Positions 1-8,865 of a DNA stretch of 32,000 nt are shown here, in pieces. How positions within the stretch are numbered: position 1 is the first letter of the stretch; each line of letters begins with the position of its first letter. The position numbers and the translations under genes were made by a program. Source of the DNA: Erysipelothrix inopinata (GTDB lineage: Bacteria; Bacillota_I; Bacilli_A; Erysipelotrichales; Erysipelotrichaceae); NCBI RefSeq assembly GCF_014396165.1, contig NZ_CP060715.1, forward strand, positions 1,950,001-1,982,000. Reading direction: 5' to 3'. The notes beneath the pieces are model-generated. The model had not been told where the DNA came from and did no database searches. It was given only the letters and a program-made list of their open reading frames with translations.

Positions 1-360
1 AACATCGGCACGATCAATTCCCACTATTTCAGATATTGCATCGGCGGTCGCTTCTTTATCAACTACGTGTGCTGGTGTTTTATCTCCATTAAAACGCGTT
101 GTATCTAATTTTGCATCAAGTGTATAGGTTGTGACATCTTGAGCAATAATATTTCCATTTCTATCTTTAATTTTTCCACGTTCCGCATGAATCGGACGTA
201 ATACAATACTAACCCCTTCAGTAACCTTTTTAATGTTTTGTCCAGAGTTAAAATGATGACCAAATATCGTCATTACAAAAACATTGACACCTACTGTTAG
301 AAACAGAAGTGCCATAATGATTGAAAGCATTAATACTTTAAAATTTGCACTGCGTCTCAA
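1..360 (-). CDS. Penicillin-binding protein 2B / FtsI-type transpeptidase, N-terminal part (runs off the window edge)
   Basis: My translation of the reverse strand from TTG at 360: RRSANFKVLMLSIIMALLFLTVGVNVF (TM anchor), then ERGKIKDRNGNIIAQD, the usual RGxIxDRNG motif of class B PBPs. It follows ftsL as in dcw clusters. RBS AAGGGTGAG lies upstream. Confidence 0.8.
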   Translation of the reverse strand, partial: MRRSANFKVLMLSIIMALLFLTVGVNVFVMTIFGHHFNSGQNIKKVTEGVSIVLRPIHAERGKIKDRNGNIIAQDVTTYTLDAKLDTTRFNGDKTPAHVVDKEATADAISEIVGIDRADV

Positions 361-362
361 AA

Positions 363-689
363 CTACTCACCCTTTTCTGGCGTTGTAGTTGCCTCTCCTT
401 GAACTTTAAACGTATTTTGTTGTTCTTTAAGTCCAGCGTCTTGTGCTGTTTGGGAAATTCGTGCGAAATCTGTTAATTTTTGAATTTCAGTTGTTAATTT
501 CTCATTATCTTCATTGACCGATGCCATCTCTTGTTTAGCCTTTTGTACTTCAATAGTTATTTTGGCATTTTGAGTTTTAACCACGGTTTGCGTAATGAAA
601 GAAGCAAGAATGGCAATCGTAAAAACGAATCCAATCATACCACTCCAACGTATTGTTCTTTTCTTTTTCTTTACGACATGCTTTGCCAT
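363..689 (-). CDS. ftsL: Cell division protein FtsL-like (single TM plus coiled coil)
   Basis: 108 aa with a basic N-terminus, one TM helix (MIGFVFTIAILASFI) and a coiled-coil region. It sits between rsmH and the PBP2B gene. Confidence 0.7.
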   Translation of the reverse strand: MAKHVVKKKKRTIRWSGMIGFVFTIAILASFITQTVVKTQNAKITIEVQKAKQEMASVNEDNEKLTTEIQKLTDFARISQTAQDAGLKEQQNTFKVQGEATTTPEKGE

Positions 690-690
690 A

Positions 691-1602
691 TTACTTCACC
701 CTTTCTATACACCTTAGTATTGCGCTGTGTGCTCGATTGTTATCTTCGAGTTCCTCAATACTTGGTTTTATCCCCTTTTTAATTAATTGATAATTGACAC
801 TATCTTCAACAATGACTGGAATTCTCGGATTTACTTTCGGAGGTTTTCCATAAGTGTTAAAGATATTTTTAACCATGCGATCTTCGAGTGAGTGGAATGT
901 AATTACCACTACACGACCCTTTGGCTTAATACTGTGTATTGCTTGATTAATTGCATCTCTTGCTTCTCCAAACTCATCATTAACTTCAATGCGGAGTGCT
1001 TGGAATACCTTTTTAGCAGGATGCCCTTTTTTAAGTTCCTTTGAAGGATACGATTTTTTAATAATATCTACGAGATCAAATGTTGTCTCAACAGGTCTTG
1101 CCTTTATAATTTCTGAAGCAATACGCTTAGCGTAACGCTCCTCTGCGTTGTCTTTAAAGATTCTGACTAACTCATCCTCTTCATATTCATTCACAATCAC
1201 ATAAGCACTTAAAGCTTGACTCTGATCCATTCTCATATCTAATTTGCTATCAAAACGATAACTGAAGCCGCGAGCAGCATCATCAAACTGTGGTGATGAG
1301 ACACCTAAATCAAAGAGTACTCCATCGACTTCATCGATTCCCATCTGATCTAATGTTTGTCTAAGATCTGTATAGCTACTATGAACCAAAGTTACTTTAT
1401 CTTGATATGCTTCAAGTCTTTGAGTTCCTCTCACAATGGCATCCGCGTCTTTGTCAAAACAAATAAGCTTCCCTGTTGTAAGTCGTTTGCAGATTTCCAA
1501 GCTATGACCACCTGCTCCCAAAGTAGCGTCAATATAGACACCCTCAGGATTAATATTTAGTAAGTCCAACGACTCATTTAACATGACTGATATATGTTTC
1601 AT
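691..1602 (-). CDS. rsmH: 16S rRNA (cytosine1402-N4)-methyltransferase RsmH (MraW)
   Basis: HISVMLNESLDLL...YIDATLGAGGHS SAM-binding motif. The ATGA overlap with the mraZ stop fits the usual dcw position. Confidence 0.95.
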   Translation of the reverse strand: MKHISVMLNESLDLLNINPEGVYIDATLGAGGHSLEICKRLTTGKLICFDKDADAIVRGTQRLEAYQDKVTLVHSSYTDLRQTLDQMGIDEVDGVLFDLGVSSPQFDDAARGFSYRFDSKLDMRMDQSQALSAYVIVNEYEEDELVRIFKDNAEERYAKRIASEIIKARPVETTFDLVDIIKKSYPSKELKKGHPAKKVFQALRIEVNDEFGEARDAINQAIHSIKPKGRVVVITFHSLEDRMVKNIFNTYGKPPKVNPRIPVIVEDSVNYQLIKKGIKPSIEELEDNNRAHSAILRCIERVK

Positions 1603-2030
1603 TCAAAAAACTCCGTTAGCGATTCCGCGATTTCTTCAAAATTTTCGCTTGCTGTTTCATAATAAGCATCCCAACGTTCTTTATCCCAAATTTCAACATG
1701 ATCACTAACTCCAACGAGAACACAATTTTTAGTTAAGTGAGCTTCTTGTGTTAGATGAGAAGGAATACGAATTCTTCCTTGGCTATCCATTTCACACTCT
1801 GCTGCTTTTGACATAATCATATGGGTATACATTCTTGCTTCACGTTTGGTTGAAGGCAGTTTCTTTAAGTTTTCGTAAACTTGTTGCCACTGTTCCATAG
1901 TGTAAATTGCAAGACAGCCATCAAGCCATCTGGTAACAATCATCACTTCTCCCAGTTCATCACGAAACTTAGCTGGTACAATGATGCGACCTTTTGTATC
2001 TATATTGTGTTGATATTCTCCAATAAACAC
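1599..2030 (-). CDS. mraZ: Transcriptional regulator MraZ (start moved to GTG at 2030)
   Basis: From GTG 2030 the protein starts MFIGEYQHNIDTKGRIIVPAKFR, the canonical MraZ N-terminus, with a second DxxGR-type repeat (MDSQGRIRIP). RBS GGAAAGTGGGG lies 8 nt upstream. The ORF-track ATG at 2060 lies inside the operator repeats and only about 8 nt from the predicted transcription start. Confidence 0.9.
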   Translation of the reverse strand: MFIGEYQHNIDTKGRIIVPAKFRDELGEVMIVTRWLDGCLAIYTMEQWQQVYENLKKLPSTKREARMYTHMIMSKAAECEMDSQGRIRIPSHLTQEAHLTKNCVLVGVSDHVEIWDKERWDAYYETASENFEEIAESLTEFFE

Positions 2031-2040
2031 CAAAATCGCC

Positions 2041-2074
2041 CCACTTTCCACCACTTTCATCCACTTCGTACCAC
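2041..2074 (-). promoter_or_regulatory. Putative MraZ operator: four GTGG direct repeats at exact 10-bp spacing
   Basis: CCAC occurs on the + strand at 2041, 2051, 2061 and 2071. The minus strand reads GTGGTACGAA GTGGATGAAA GTGGTGGAAA GTGGGG, immediately downstream of the -10 box. Confidence 0.6.
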
Positions 2075-2075
2075 T

Positions 2076-2084
2076 ATTCTATCA
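2076..2084 (-). promoter_or_regulatory. Extended -10 promoter of the mraZ/dcw operon (TGATAGAAT)
   Basis: The minus strand reads TGaTAGAAT. The same TGnTAGAAT form recurs upstream of other genes in this window. Confidence 0.5.
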
Positions 2085-2134
2085 CAACTATATATTATTT
2101 GGAACTATCACCCGTTAAATTCATCTATTTTTCA

Positions 2135-2170
2135 CTTAAATAAAAACTAACTTTAGCGAACTAAAGTTAG
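2135..2170 (-). terminator. Intrinsic terminator-like hairpin with no upstream gene, between murJ and mraZ
   Basis: Perfect 10-bp stem CTAACTTTAG/CTAAAGTTAG (2147-2156 / 2161-2170). The loop is UUCG on the minus strand and is followed there by TTTTTATTT. Confidence 0.5.
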
Positions 2171-2340
2171 TTTAAGTAAGAAAATGGTGATTTTATGATG
2201 GTTTTCATAAAGAAATAAGCGTAAAAGCCCGTTTATAAGCCTGATTTTATCATTTTAGGTTAAACCCTTCTGAATTATGCCGATATTAAGATACTTAATC
2301 CCATATAATAAATGTATGGTTATGAAGTTCTACGGTGTAC

Positions 2341-2375
2341 AAAAAGAAAAACACATTCTCAATTAGAATGTGTTT
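2341..2375 (-). terminator. Rho-independent terminator after murJ
   Basis: Stem ACACATTCT/AGAATGTGT (2351-2359 / 2365-2373), followed on the minus strand by TTTTCTTTTT. Confidence 0.7.
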
Positions 2376-2382
2376 CTGTCAA

Positions 2383-3918
2383 TTATTGTTCAAGTCTTAA
2401 GATTGTTGCGAGAAGTGACATTGCAAATCGGGTTTTAAATACCACAAGGATTACAATATAGAAAATCAATGCAATCACAATAATTACAATGAGTGAAATC
2501 TTAGCTGGTAAGAATGCTCCCATGAGGGGTCTTAACAATAAGATAACCACTCCCATCAAAATAGAACTTAAGAGAATTTTTAAGAAGTCAGAACGAATGT
2601 ACTTCAAGTACAATTTACCGACATGTTTCTTCATTGTTTTATAAAGCGGTATACATGTTACGGTTGCTGCTACAACATAGGCTAGCGACAACCCTGATAG
2701 TCCGTGCCCAAATGGCATCAAGAGATTACCGAACAAGAACATTAAACCAATGAAAACGATTGAAAATAGAATGTGACTCTTAACCGGATTCTTCATATCT
2801 TGATAAGCAAAGTGTATACGGATCATAAGATCACGCATTGCTTGCGAAAATAGAACCAAAGAGTAACAGACAAATACCGGAACAATCGCTTTTATATCAG
2901 CAGGTGTCGTTGCATTTCTTAGGTAAACAAATGACACAATTTCATTTGCTAGTGTTATAAATCCAACAACAGCTGGGAAAACAAATAATGAAATCATTAA
3001 GATTGCTTCATTAATTGATTTATTTAACATCTTGTTATTGCCATCAACTACATTCTTTGCAATAGTTGGAAATGTAACTTGAAGAATTGAGACAAGGAAT
3101 ATTCCTTGAACAAAACCCACAAGCTTTGTAGCAGATGTCATATATACATAACCTTTATCACCATCGGGATAGAAGAAGGTCGATAAGTTTTTCATAATAA
3201 CATCATTCAATTGACCTAGGAATGATGATAAGAAGAGTGGTAAAGCAAGTGCCATCATGATTCGAAGATCTTGATCTTTAAAATCAATAACCGCTGTATA
3301 CTTGAAACCATTTTTCTTCATGGCATATAAGATTAACCCCGCTTGTAAAATGAACCCAAAGAGTTGAGCATAAGCAAGTACTTGTAAGTTGCCAGATTTA
3401 CTACTGAGGAAAATACCAATGATAACAACAATGTTGATCGGTATTCCTGCCGCAGCAGGTGCTGCAAAGCTGTTCTTAACGTTTAAGTAACCTGTACCAA
3501 GTTGGAGTAGGGCTACCGAGAATGTACCCAAGGCAAACGTTCTAACAAACGAAGCTGCATAGATGACACCTTGATCACTCAATCCACTTGCAACCATTTT
3601 TACGGCAAGTTCCGGTAAGATAAACATGAATGCTGATACCAAAGCAGCAAAGAGCATCATAATGTTCAAGACATTGGATGCAAAGCGTTCACCACGGTCT
3701 TTGTCTTCGTGCATAATGCGCGTTAACATTGGGATGATTCCCGAAATGAGGGCCGCCCCAACTACTGTCAAGATCACACTTGGGATGGAAACAGCAGCTT
3801 GATAAGCAGCAGTCTCAGCCCCAAATCCGAAGAGCGATGTTAATGTGATATCTCTAATAAATCCTAAGACCTTAGCGATAACAGCAATAAACATGACAAT
3901 AATGGTACTTTTCTTCAT
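2383..3918 (-). CDS. murJ: Lipid II flippase MurJ (MviN family)
   Basis: 511 aa polytopic membrane protein with a MurJ-like N-terminus (VIAKVLGFIRDITLTSLFG). It sits directly after murB. Confidence 0.9.
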   Translation of the reverse strand: MKKSTIIVMFIAVIAKVLGFIRDITLTSLFGFGAETAAYQAAVSIPSVILTVVGAALISGIIPMLTRIMHEDKDRGERFASNVLNIMMLFAALVSAFMFILPELAVKMVASGLSDQGVIYAASFVRTFALGTFSVALLQLGTGYLNVKNSFAAPAAAGIPINIVVIIGIFLSSKSGNLQVLAYAQLFGFILQAGLILYAMKKNGFKYTAVIDFKDQDLRIMMALALPLFLSSFLGQLNDVIMKNLSTFFYPDGDKGYVYMTSATKLVGFVQGIFLVSILQVTFPTIAKNVVDGNNKMLNKSINEAILMISLFVFPAVVGFITLANEIVSFVYLRNATTPADIKAIVPVFVCYSLVLFSQAMRDLMIRIHFAYQDMKNPVKSHILFSIVFIGLMFLFGNLLMPFGHGLSGLSLAYVVAATVTCIPLYKTMKKHVGKLYLKYIRSDFLKILLSSILMGVVILLLRPLMGAFLPAKISLIVIIVIALIFYIVILVVFKTRFAMSLLATILRLEQ

Positions 3919-3919
3919 A

Positions 3920-4801
3920 TTAGATTACTTTCCATTCTAATTCGAGTTCGACATCAAACTCTTCAGAAACTCTCTTTTTACATTCGTTAATAACCGCATG
4001 CATATCATGAACACTTGCATTACCTGTGTTCACAATAAAGCCAGGATGTTTTTCAGATACCATAGCATCCCCAACTTTATAACCACGGAGGTTTACAGTA
4101 TCGAATAACTTCCAAACATAAAGTGAGTTTCCTTCTTTATCCTTTGGACGTTTGAAGACACTTCCTGCATTTGCATAATTTCGGGGTTGTTTAACATAAC
4201 GTTCATGGCGATAATAAAGCATTTTTTCAAGTGCCTCGTTGTAATCACCTGGCAATGTTTTTAAACCAGCACCCAATACATAAACAGGCATTTCATTTAA
4301 GCGTGAATAACGATATCCGAAGAATCCTTCATCAGGAACAACACGTTCAATTTGCTCTGTCTCATAGTTATAGACATCAATCCATTTTACATATTGTCCA
4401 ATTGAATATTGCCATTGTCCGGCATTCATGATGAGTGCACCACCAATAGTTCCTGGAATATCTTCTAAGAATTCCATTTCTCCTAATGACTGTTCACACG
4501 CAAACCAAGATAAGCGATTTAAACGAGCACCACTTTCCACAACAATTTCATTATTTTTGATCTCAATATTGTTTAAAAGAACGGTTACGATGAAGACAGT
4601 GTCATCGCCATAACTATCTTGTGAGAACACAATATTAGATCCATTTCCAATAATAACTATTTTTCTATCTTTATATTCTTTTAATGCATCAGCAAATCCT
4701 TGTAATGTATGCGGTAAAACAATTGTTTCCGCCATTACGTCTAATCTTAATGTATTATAACGCTTCAATGAAGCATTATTCATCACGAAATATTCTTTCA
4801 T
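3920..4801 (-). CDS. murB: UDP-N-acetylenolpyruvoylglucosamine reductase MurB
   Basis: 293 aa. FAD-binding region IIGNGSNIVF and the C-terminal NAGSVFKRP and GFIVNTGNA motifs are typical of MurB. RBS AAAGGAG. Confidence 0.95.
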   Translation of the reverse strand: MKEYFVMNNASLKRYNTLRLDVMAETIVLPHTLQGFADALKEYKDRKIVIIGNGSNIVFSQDSYGDDTVFIVTVLLNNIEIKNNEIVVESGARLNRLSWFACEQSLGEMEFLEDIPGTIGGALIMNAGQWQYSIGQYVKWIDVYNYETEQIERVVPDEGFFGYRYSRLNEMPVYVLGAGLKTLPGDYNEALEKMLYYRHERYVKQPRNYANAGSVFKRPKDKEGNSLYVWKLFDTVNLRGYKVGDAMVSEKHPGFIVNTGNASVHDMHAVINECKKRVSEEFDVELELEWKVI

Positions 4802-4857
4802 AAGAACTCCTTTTATACTTGTGTTAACCCTTATTAAGTTTACACGTTTATGCGTGT

Positions 4858-5565
4858 TTATTCAAGTTCACGAATCAATTTTGGCATATCTACAGCCGTT
4901 AAAATATGAAGAGGTGGTTGCGATAGTTTTCCATCCTCTGTTATCAGAATAGCAATCAGTACTTTTCCTTTATCATGGAGTCGTTCATAACGATCCACAA
5001 CCTCTAAAATTGTCTCATGCGATGATACAAACATCACACGTTCATCATCCACATCACATTTCAAAACCTCAGAAATTGATAATGTATTGAGATCGATAAT
5101 CTCATTTGCATTCAAACCAAGATAACGTTGATAAAGACGAGAATGCAAAATTCCTACATAGCGCTCTCCCACATAAACCGGAACAACCGAATAGTTTTTT
5201 TCCTCTTGAGTTTTGATAATTTCTTTTAAATCATCATCAATATCAGCACAATACACTTTTCCTTGAATGACTTCACGAATCCTTTTTGGTTCTGTAAGTT
5301 GCTTCGCAATTGATTCAAGGTGTTCAACCACTTCAAGATGTGGTTCTGCGATAACTTCTTCATATCCGACACGACTATGCACAATGGCATTTCGTAACTG
5401 AGCATAGTCGATGAGATCCATTTGATTTTTCTTAATAATGACATTTTTCTTAGCAGCTACAGCTACTAATTTAGAAAATGAAGCATGATCAATTTTCAAT
5501 TCACGTTTCATAATTCGTTCAACTTCAACAAAAGCATTTAGAAATCTTGTGGAATTACGCTCCAT
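4858..5565 (-). CDS. Uncharacterized protein: N-terminal HEPN-like domain (Rx4H motif) fused to a CBS-domain pair
   Basis: Start taken at MERNSTRF (RBS AAGGTGG 6 nt upstream). The N-terminal helical region contains YAQLRNAIVHS (R-x4-H). The C-terminal half has two CBS-like repeats (VVPVYVGERYVGILH; VLIAILITEDGKL...ILTAVD). Confidence 0.55.
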   Translation of the reverse strand: MERNSTRFLNAFVEVERIMKRELKIDHASFSKLVAVAAKKNVIIKKNQMDLIDYAQLRNAIVHSRVGYEEVIAEPHLEVVEHLESIAKQLTEPKRIREVIQGKVYCADIDDDLKEIIKTQEEKNYSVVPVYVGERYVGILHSRLYQRYLGLNANEIIDLNTLSISEVLKCDVDDERVMFVSSHETILEVVDRYERLHDKGKVLIAILITEDGKLSQPPLHILTAVDMPKLIRELE

Positions 5566-6940
5566 CTTCAACCACCTTCTCATTCATCACTTCTGAAATT
5601 CTAATTTTAATTTCAGCAAGGCTATCTGTGTCTGGCCATGAGACGTAATATTTAAAGTTATCATCTTGACTGTACGTTGGTTGCATATCCCCTGTACCAC
5701 TCAAACTCACTTCTTCAAACTGCCATACACCATTATTATCAATTTGTTCTGCAATTAATCGCGATAAGTTATAATCCGATAAATTCGTATCGATCATATA
5801 ACGTATTTTTTGAAATAATTGCGGAGTTTTCATTAAAAACTGTGGAGAAACACTCTTCATAAAGATAGCCTTCACTAATTCTTGATGATGCATTCCTCGT
5901 GACACATCCCCATAATCGATGTGGTCACGTTCTCTGGCAAACGATAAGGCCTGCTCACCATTTACATGATTCATCCCTTCGGTAAAATGAAATCCTCCGT
6001 CGGTATCAAAGGTATAGTGAGATAACACATCAACACCATCAAGAGCATCCACGATTTCAACAAGTCCCGTGAAATTTAATCTCATGTAATAATTGATATC
6101 AACACCGTAAAACTTCTCAAGTGTTTTAACAGAGCATGCAACACCATAGATACCAGCATGAGTTAGTTTATCATAAGCTTTCGTTTCACAGCCTAGAGGC
6201 AAGTATGTATCTCGTGGCGTGGTAACCGAAAGAACTTTATGCGTTGCCGGATTTATAACTAGCAGCAAATTCATATCCGATCGTGAACGACTCACTACAT
6301 CACCAAATACATCAATTCCACTTAAGTAGATAATGAAGGATTCTTTGGTAACATCCACTTCTTTAGCAATTGAAACTCGGGGTTCTTTAAATGTAAATGA
6401 ATCAACAGATGTTGCTTCATTCGCAAACTTTGGTCGCAGCGTTGAAATATCTGCAAGAATTGTTTTATTAATTATCAGAGCGTCAATCTCATTTCCGTAA
6501 AGGGCATCAAGCATTGATGCCAGTGTGGGAAACGCACGATACTCTATTTCTTTATCAAGATATGCTTTTTGAATTTCAGATTCATGATTCTCTTTAACTC
6601 CAAAGACACCAATGACCTTAAGTGAATGATTCACATTTTCATTAAGTTGATAAACTGAGTACTCAACAACCTCAAAGTCTTTCGTATCAGAAATATCATT
6701 GACAACCCATTGAACTGAGACTAAGGCGATACTTACAATGATTATGAGTGCCGATAAAAGATATCGCCACACCGATTTTTTTGTCACAATCATGATTACC
6801 ATCGTAATTGCAATGATAGAGAATAAGATTAACAATCGAATTCTCAACGGAATAAACCTCATAGTGAATAATGCAACAAGTAATATTACCATTGATACCA
6901 ATACGCATATTGGGGCAATGACTCTATGATTTTTATTCAT
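5555..6940 (-). CDS. LytR-CpsA-Psr (LCP) family cell-wall polymer phosphotransferase with multi-TM N-terminus
   Basis: LLLVINPATHKVLSVTTPRDTY, DKLTHAGIYG and NGEQALSFARER are LCP domain signatures. Several N-terminal TM helices. Confidence 0.9.
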   Translation of the reverse strand: MNKNHRVIAPICVLVSMVILLVALFTMRFIPLRIRLLILFSIIAITMVIMIVTKKSVWRYLLSALIIIVSIALVSVQWVVNDISDTKDFEVVEYSVYQLNENVNHSLKVIGVFGVKENHESEIQKAYLDKEIEYRAFPTLASMLDALYGNEIDALIINKTILADISTLRPKFANEATSVDSFTFKEPRVSIAKEVDVTKESFIIYLSGIDVFGDVVSRSRSDMNLLLVINPATHKVLSVTTPRDTYLPLGCETKAYDKLTHAGIYGVACSVKTLEKFYGVDINYYMRLNFTGLVEIVDALDGVDVLSHYTFDTDGGFHFTEGMNHVNGEQALSFARERDHIDYGDVSRGMHHQELVKAIFMKSVSPQFLMKTPQLFQKIRYMIDTNLSDYNLSRLIAEQIDNNGVWQFEEVSLSGTGDMQPTYSQDDNFKYYVSWPDTDSLAEIKIRISEVMNEKVVEDGA

Positions 6941-6980
6941 TTAATCACCTTTCTTTCATAATACTCCCACAAAATCACAT

Positions 6981-7003
6981 AAAAAAATCTTGGCAAGCCA
7001 AGA
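6981..7003 (-). terminator. Rho-independent terminator after rpmF
   Basis: Stem TCTTGG/CCAAGA (6988-6993 / 6998-7003) with a 4-nt loop, followed on the minus strand by T7 (A7 at 6981-6987 on +). Confidence 0.7.
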
Positions 7004-7011
7004 CAATTTTA

Positions 7012-7158
7012 TTATTTAACATCTGCGCGGTTTACGCGGTGTGGTACTGACCATTCTCCTGTTTGAGGATCTTTTACCAATGTAACATTAGGTAATTTAT
7101 AGTGTGTACGACGTTTTGCTTTTCGAGCTTTTGATGTTCGTCTTTTTGGAACTGCCAT
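7012..7158 (-). CDS. rpmF: 50S ribosomal protein L32 (absent from the ORF track, below its size cutoff)
   Basis: My translation: [48 protein letters not shown] (48 aa). RBS GGAGGTG. Sits downstream of yceD as usual. Confidence 0.95.
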   Translation of the reverse strand: MAVPKRRTSKARKAKRRTHYKLPNVTLVKDPQTGEWSVPHRVNRADVK

Positions 7159-7176
7159 GATTTCACCTCCGTTTGG

Positions 7177-7695
7177 TTAATCTAATTTGAAATCTTTCAA
7201 TTTAGCAAGTCTTGGATCTATTTGTTGACTTTTTTCTTTAATATAATCTTCTTCAGTCATTACGATCCAGCCATCACCTTTTGGATATTCATCCAAGTTA
7301 GGATCTATAGCTTTTAGTGGAACTTCAGCAAGTATTGCCCCTACTATATAAGGAGTCATATCAAGCTCTTCTCCATCAACTTCAATTATACCTTCGTCTT
7401 CCGCTTCCGCATCTACTGAATCGAAGCTAAAAACTTCAGATACTCTTGTAGAAAAGTCAATGTCAAAGGGATTCAATGTTATAGCACAAGGCACTGTCAT
7501 AATCCCTTCAATTGATATATCTGCAATCAATGTTGAAGAATGACTATCATAGTACATATGACCTACTGCGAAGATATCACGCAAAGCAGTGCATCGAGGA
7601 TGATTCTCAATAATTTCTGAATCAATCTCAATCGCTTCGCGGACTTCGAAATTCGGAGTCTTTAAGTGATCCAAATCCATTCTATTAAATATCAT
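7177..7695 (-). CDS. yceD: YceD/DUF177 family protein (large-subunit rRNA accumulation protein)
   Basis: 172 aa acidic protein immediately upstream of rpmF, which is the conserved pairing. Confidence 0.8.
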   Translation of the reverse strand: MIFNRMDLDHLKTPNFEVREAIEIDSEIIENHPRCTALRDIFAVGHMYYDSHSSTLIADISIEGIMTVPCAITLNPFDIDFSTRVSEVFSFDSVDAEAEDEGIIEVDGEELDMTPYIVGAILAEVPLKAIDPNLDEYPKGDGWIVMTEEDYIKEKSQQIDPRLAKLKDFKLD

Positions 7696-7723
7696 ACTCT
7701 CACCTACTTTTTAACGCTACTTA

Positions 7724-7752
7724 ATTATAGAGAAAATGATTTCGATTGTCAA
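7724..7752 (-). promoter_or_regulatory. Consensus sigma-A promoter of yceD-rpmF
   Basis: The minus strand reads TTGACA-17 nt-TATAAT (TGTCAA at 7747-7752 and ATTATA at 7724-7729 on +). Confidence 0.7.
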
Positions 7753-7824
7753 ACGAAATAGCCAATTTAAAGTGGGATTTTCTTAGGAATTGAATTGCAT
7801 GCAAACAAAAAGAAAAAAGGCGAT

Positions 7825-7865
7825 TGAACTGCTCCCTGTCAAGTAGACAGGTGAAATAAATAAAA
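7825..7865. repeat. IS terminal inverted repeat (orfB-proximal end)
   Basis: TGAACTGCTCCCTGTCAAGTAGACAGGTGAAATAAATAAAA matches the reverse complement of 9602-9642. Confidence 0.8.
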
Positions 7866-7906
7866 TACCCAAGATGATTTATCGCTTTACGATGAATCAT
7901 CTTTTC

Positions 7907-8854
7907 TTATGCTACAGTCGCCTGCATTTGCTTTTCTCTAATGTTTGACCAATAAGCTTCAATTTTCTTGTTGGTTGGAATTGAATAACTTATAGGTGTC
8001 TCTGATCCTAATGCTTCAGTTCGAACCATCATTGGTGTTTTGTTTTTAAATCGTTTTTGAAGTCTCTTGTTGTTATAAAAATCAATATACGCATCAATTG
8101 CTTTCTTTAACTCGCTTTTAGTATTGAATTCATTAGGATAGTACATTTCTGATTTGATAGTTCCCCAGAATCCTTCCATAGGACCATTATCAATACAGTG
8201 TCCCACTCTAGACATACTTTGTATCATTCCTTGATCTTCTAGCTGTTTTCTAAATACCCTACTTGTATATTGGAATCCTCGGTCACTGTGAAATAAAGGC
8301 TTTGCCTCTGGATATCTCGTGATAGCTTTATGATAAGTATCAAACACAAGTTGATTATTGTTACGATCACTTATGTGGTACGCCACAATACTCAAATCAT
8401 AAAGATCAATAATCGCACTGAGATACAGCTTCTTACCTGAACCTTTAATCTTAAATTCTGTGACATCTGTCAACCATTTTTCATTTGGTCTAGAAGCAAA
8501 GAAATTACGATTTAAAATATTTTCAGCTGTGATTTCAGGAGTGCTTCGTGAATACTTTTTAGACTTTTGACGAATCACTGATTTCACACCCAGCATCTTC
8601 ATGAGTCTATGAATCCTCTTTGGGTTATAATGAACTCTATTAAGTTCATTAATCCAATCTGTCATTCGTCGATAACCTAAGATATGTCCAAACATTTCAT
8701 CATAATCAAGAATGAGATTACAAAGCTCATGATTCTCAATTTCATTGCTTGTTTCAACACGGTGCGTCCATTTATAATAACTGCTTCTTGCGATTTTAAG
8801 TACCTTACACATCCATTGAATGCTCCAACCATGTTTATAATGAAGTTCTTGCAC
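7907..8854 (-). CDS. IS3-family transposase OrfB (DDE/rve integrase core)
   Basis: WLTDVTEF, HSDRGFQYTS and NGPMEGFWGTIKSE contain the D, D and E residues. The reading frame stays open upstream of the listed GTG start as far as the slippery site. Confidence 0.9.
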   Translation of the reverse strand: MQELHYKHGWSIQWMCKVLKIARSSYYKWTHRVETSNEIENHELCNLILDYDEMFGHILGYRRMTDWINELNRVHYNPKRIHRLMKMLGVKSVIRQKSKKYSRSTPEITAENILNRNFFASRPNEKWLTDVTEFKIKGSGKKLYLSAIIDLYDLSIVAYHISDRNNNQLVFDTYHKAITRYPEAKPLFHSDRGFQYTSRVFRKQLEDQGMIQSMSRVGHCIDNGPMEGFWGTIKSEMYYPNEFNTKSELKKAIDAYIDFYNNKRLQKRFKNKTPMMVRTEALGSETPISYSIPTNKKIEAYWSNIREKQMQATVA

Positions 8855-8865
8855 GGCAAGATACT

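Noticed and set aside
2031-2060. ORF-track start of mraZ at ATG 2060 (MKVVESGAILV...)
   Set aside because: The ATG lies inside the phased GTGG operator repeats and ~8 nt from the predicted transcription start. GTG 2030 gives the canonical MraZ N-terminus with a proper RBS.
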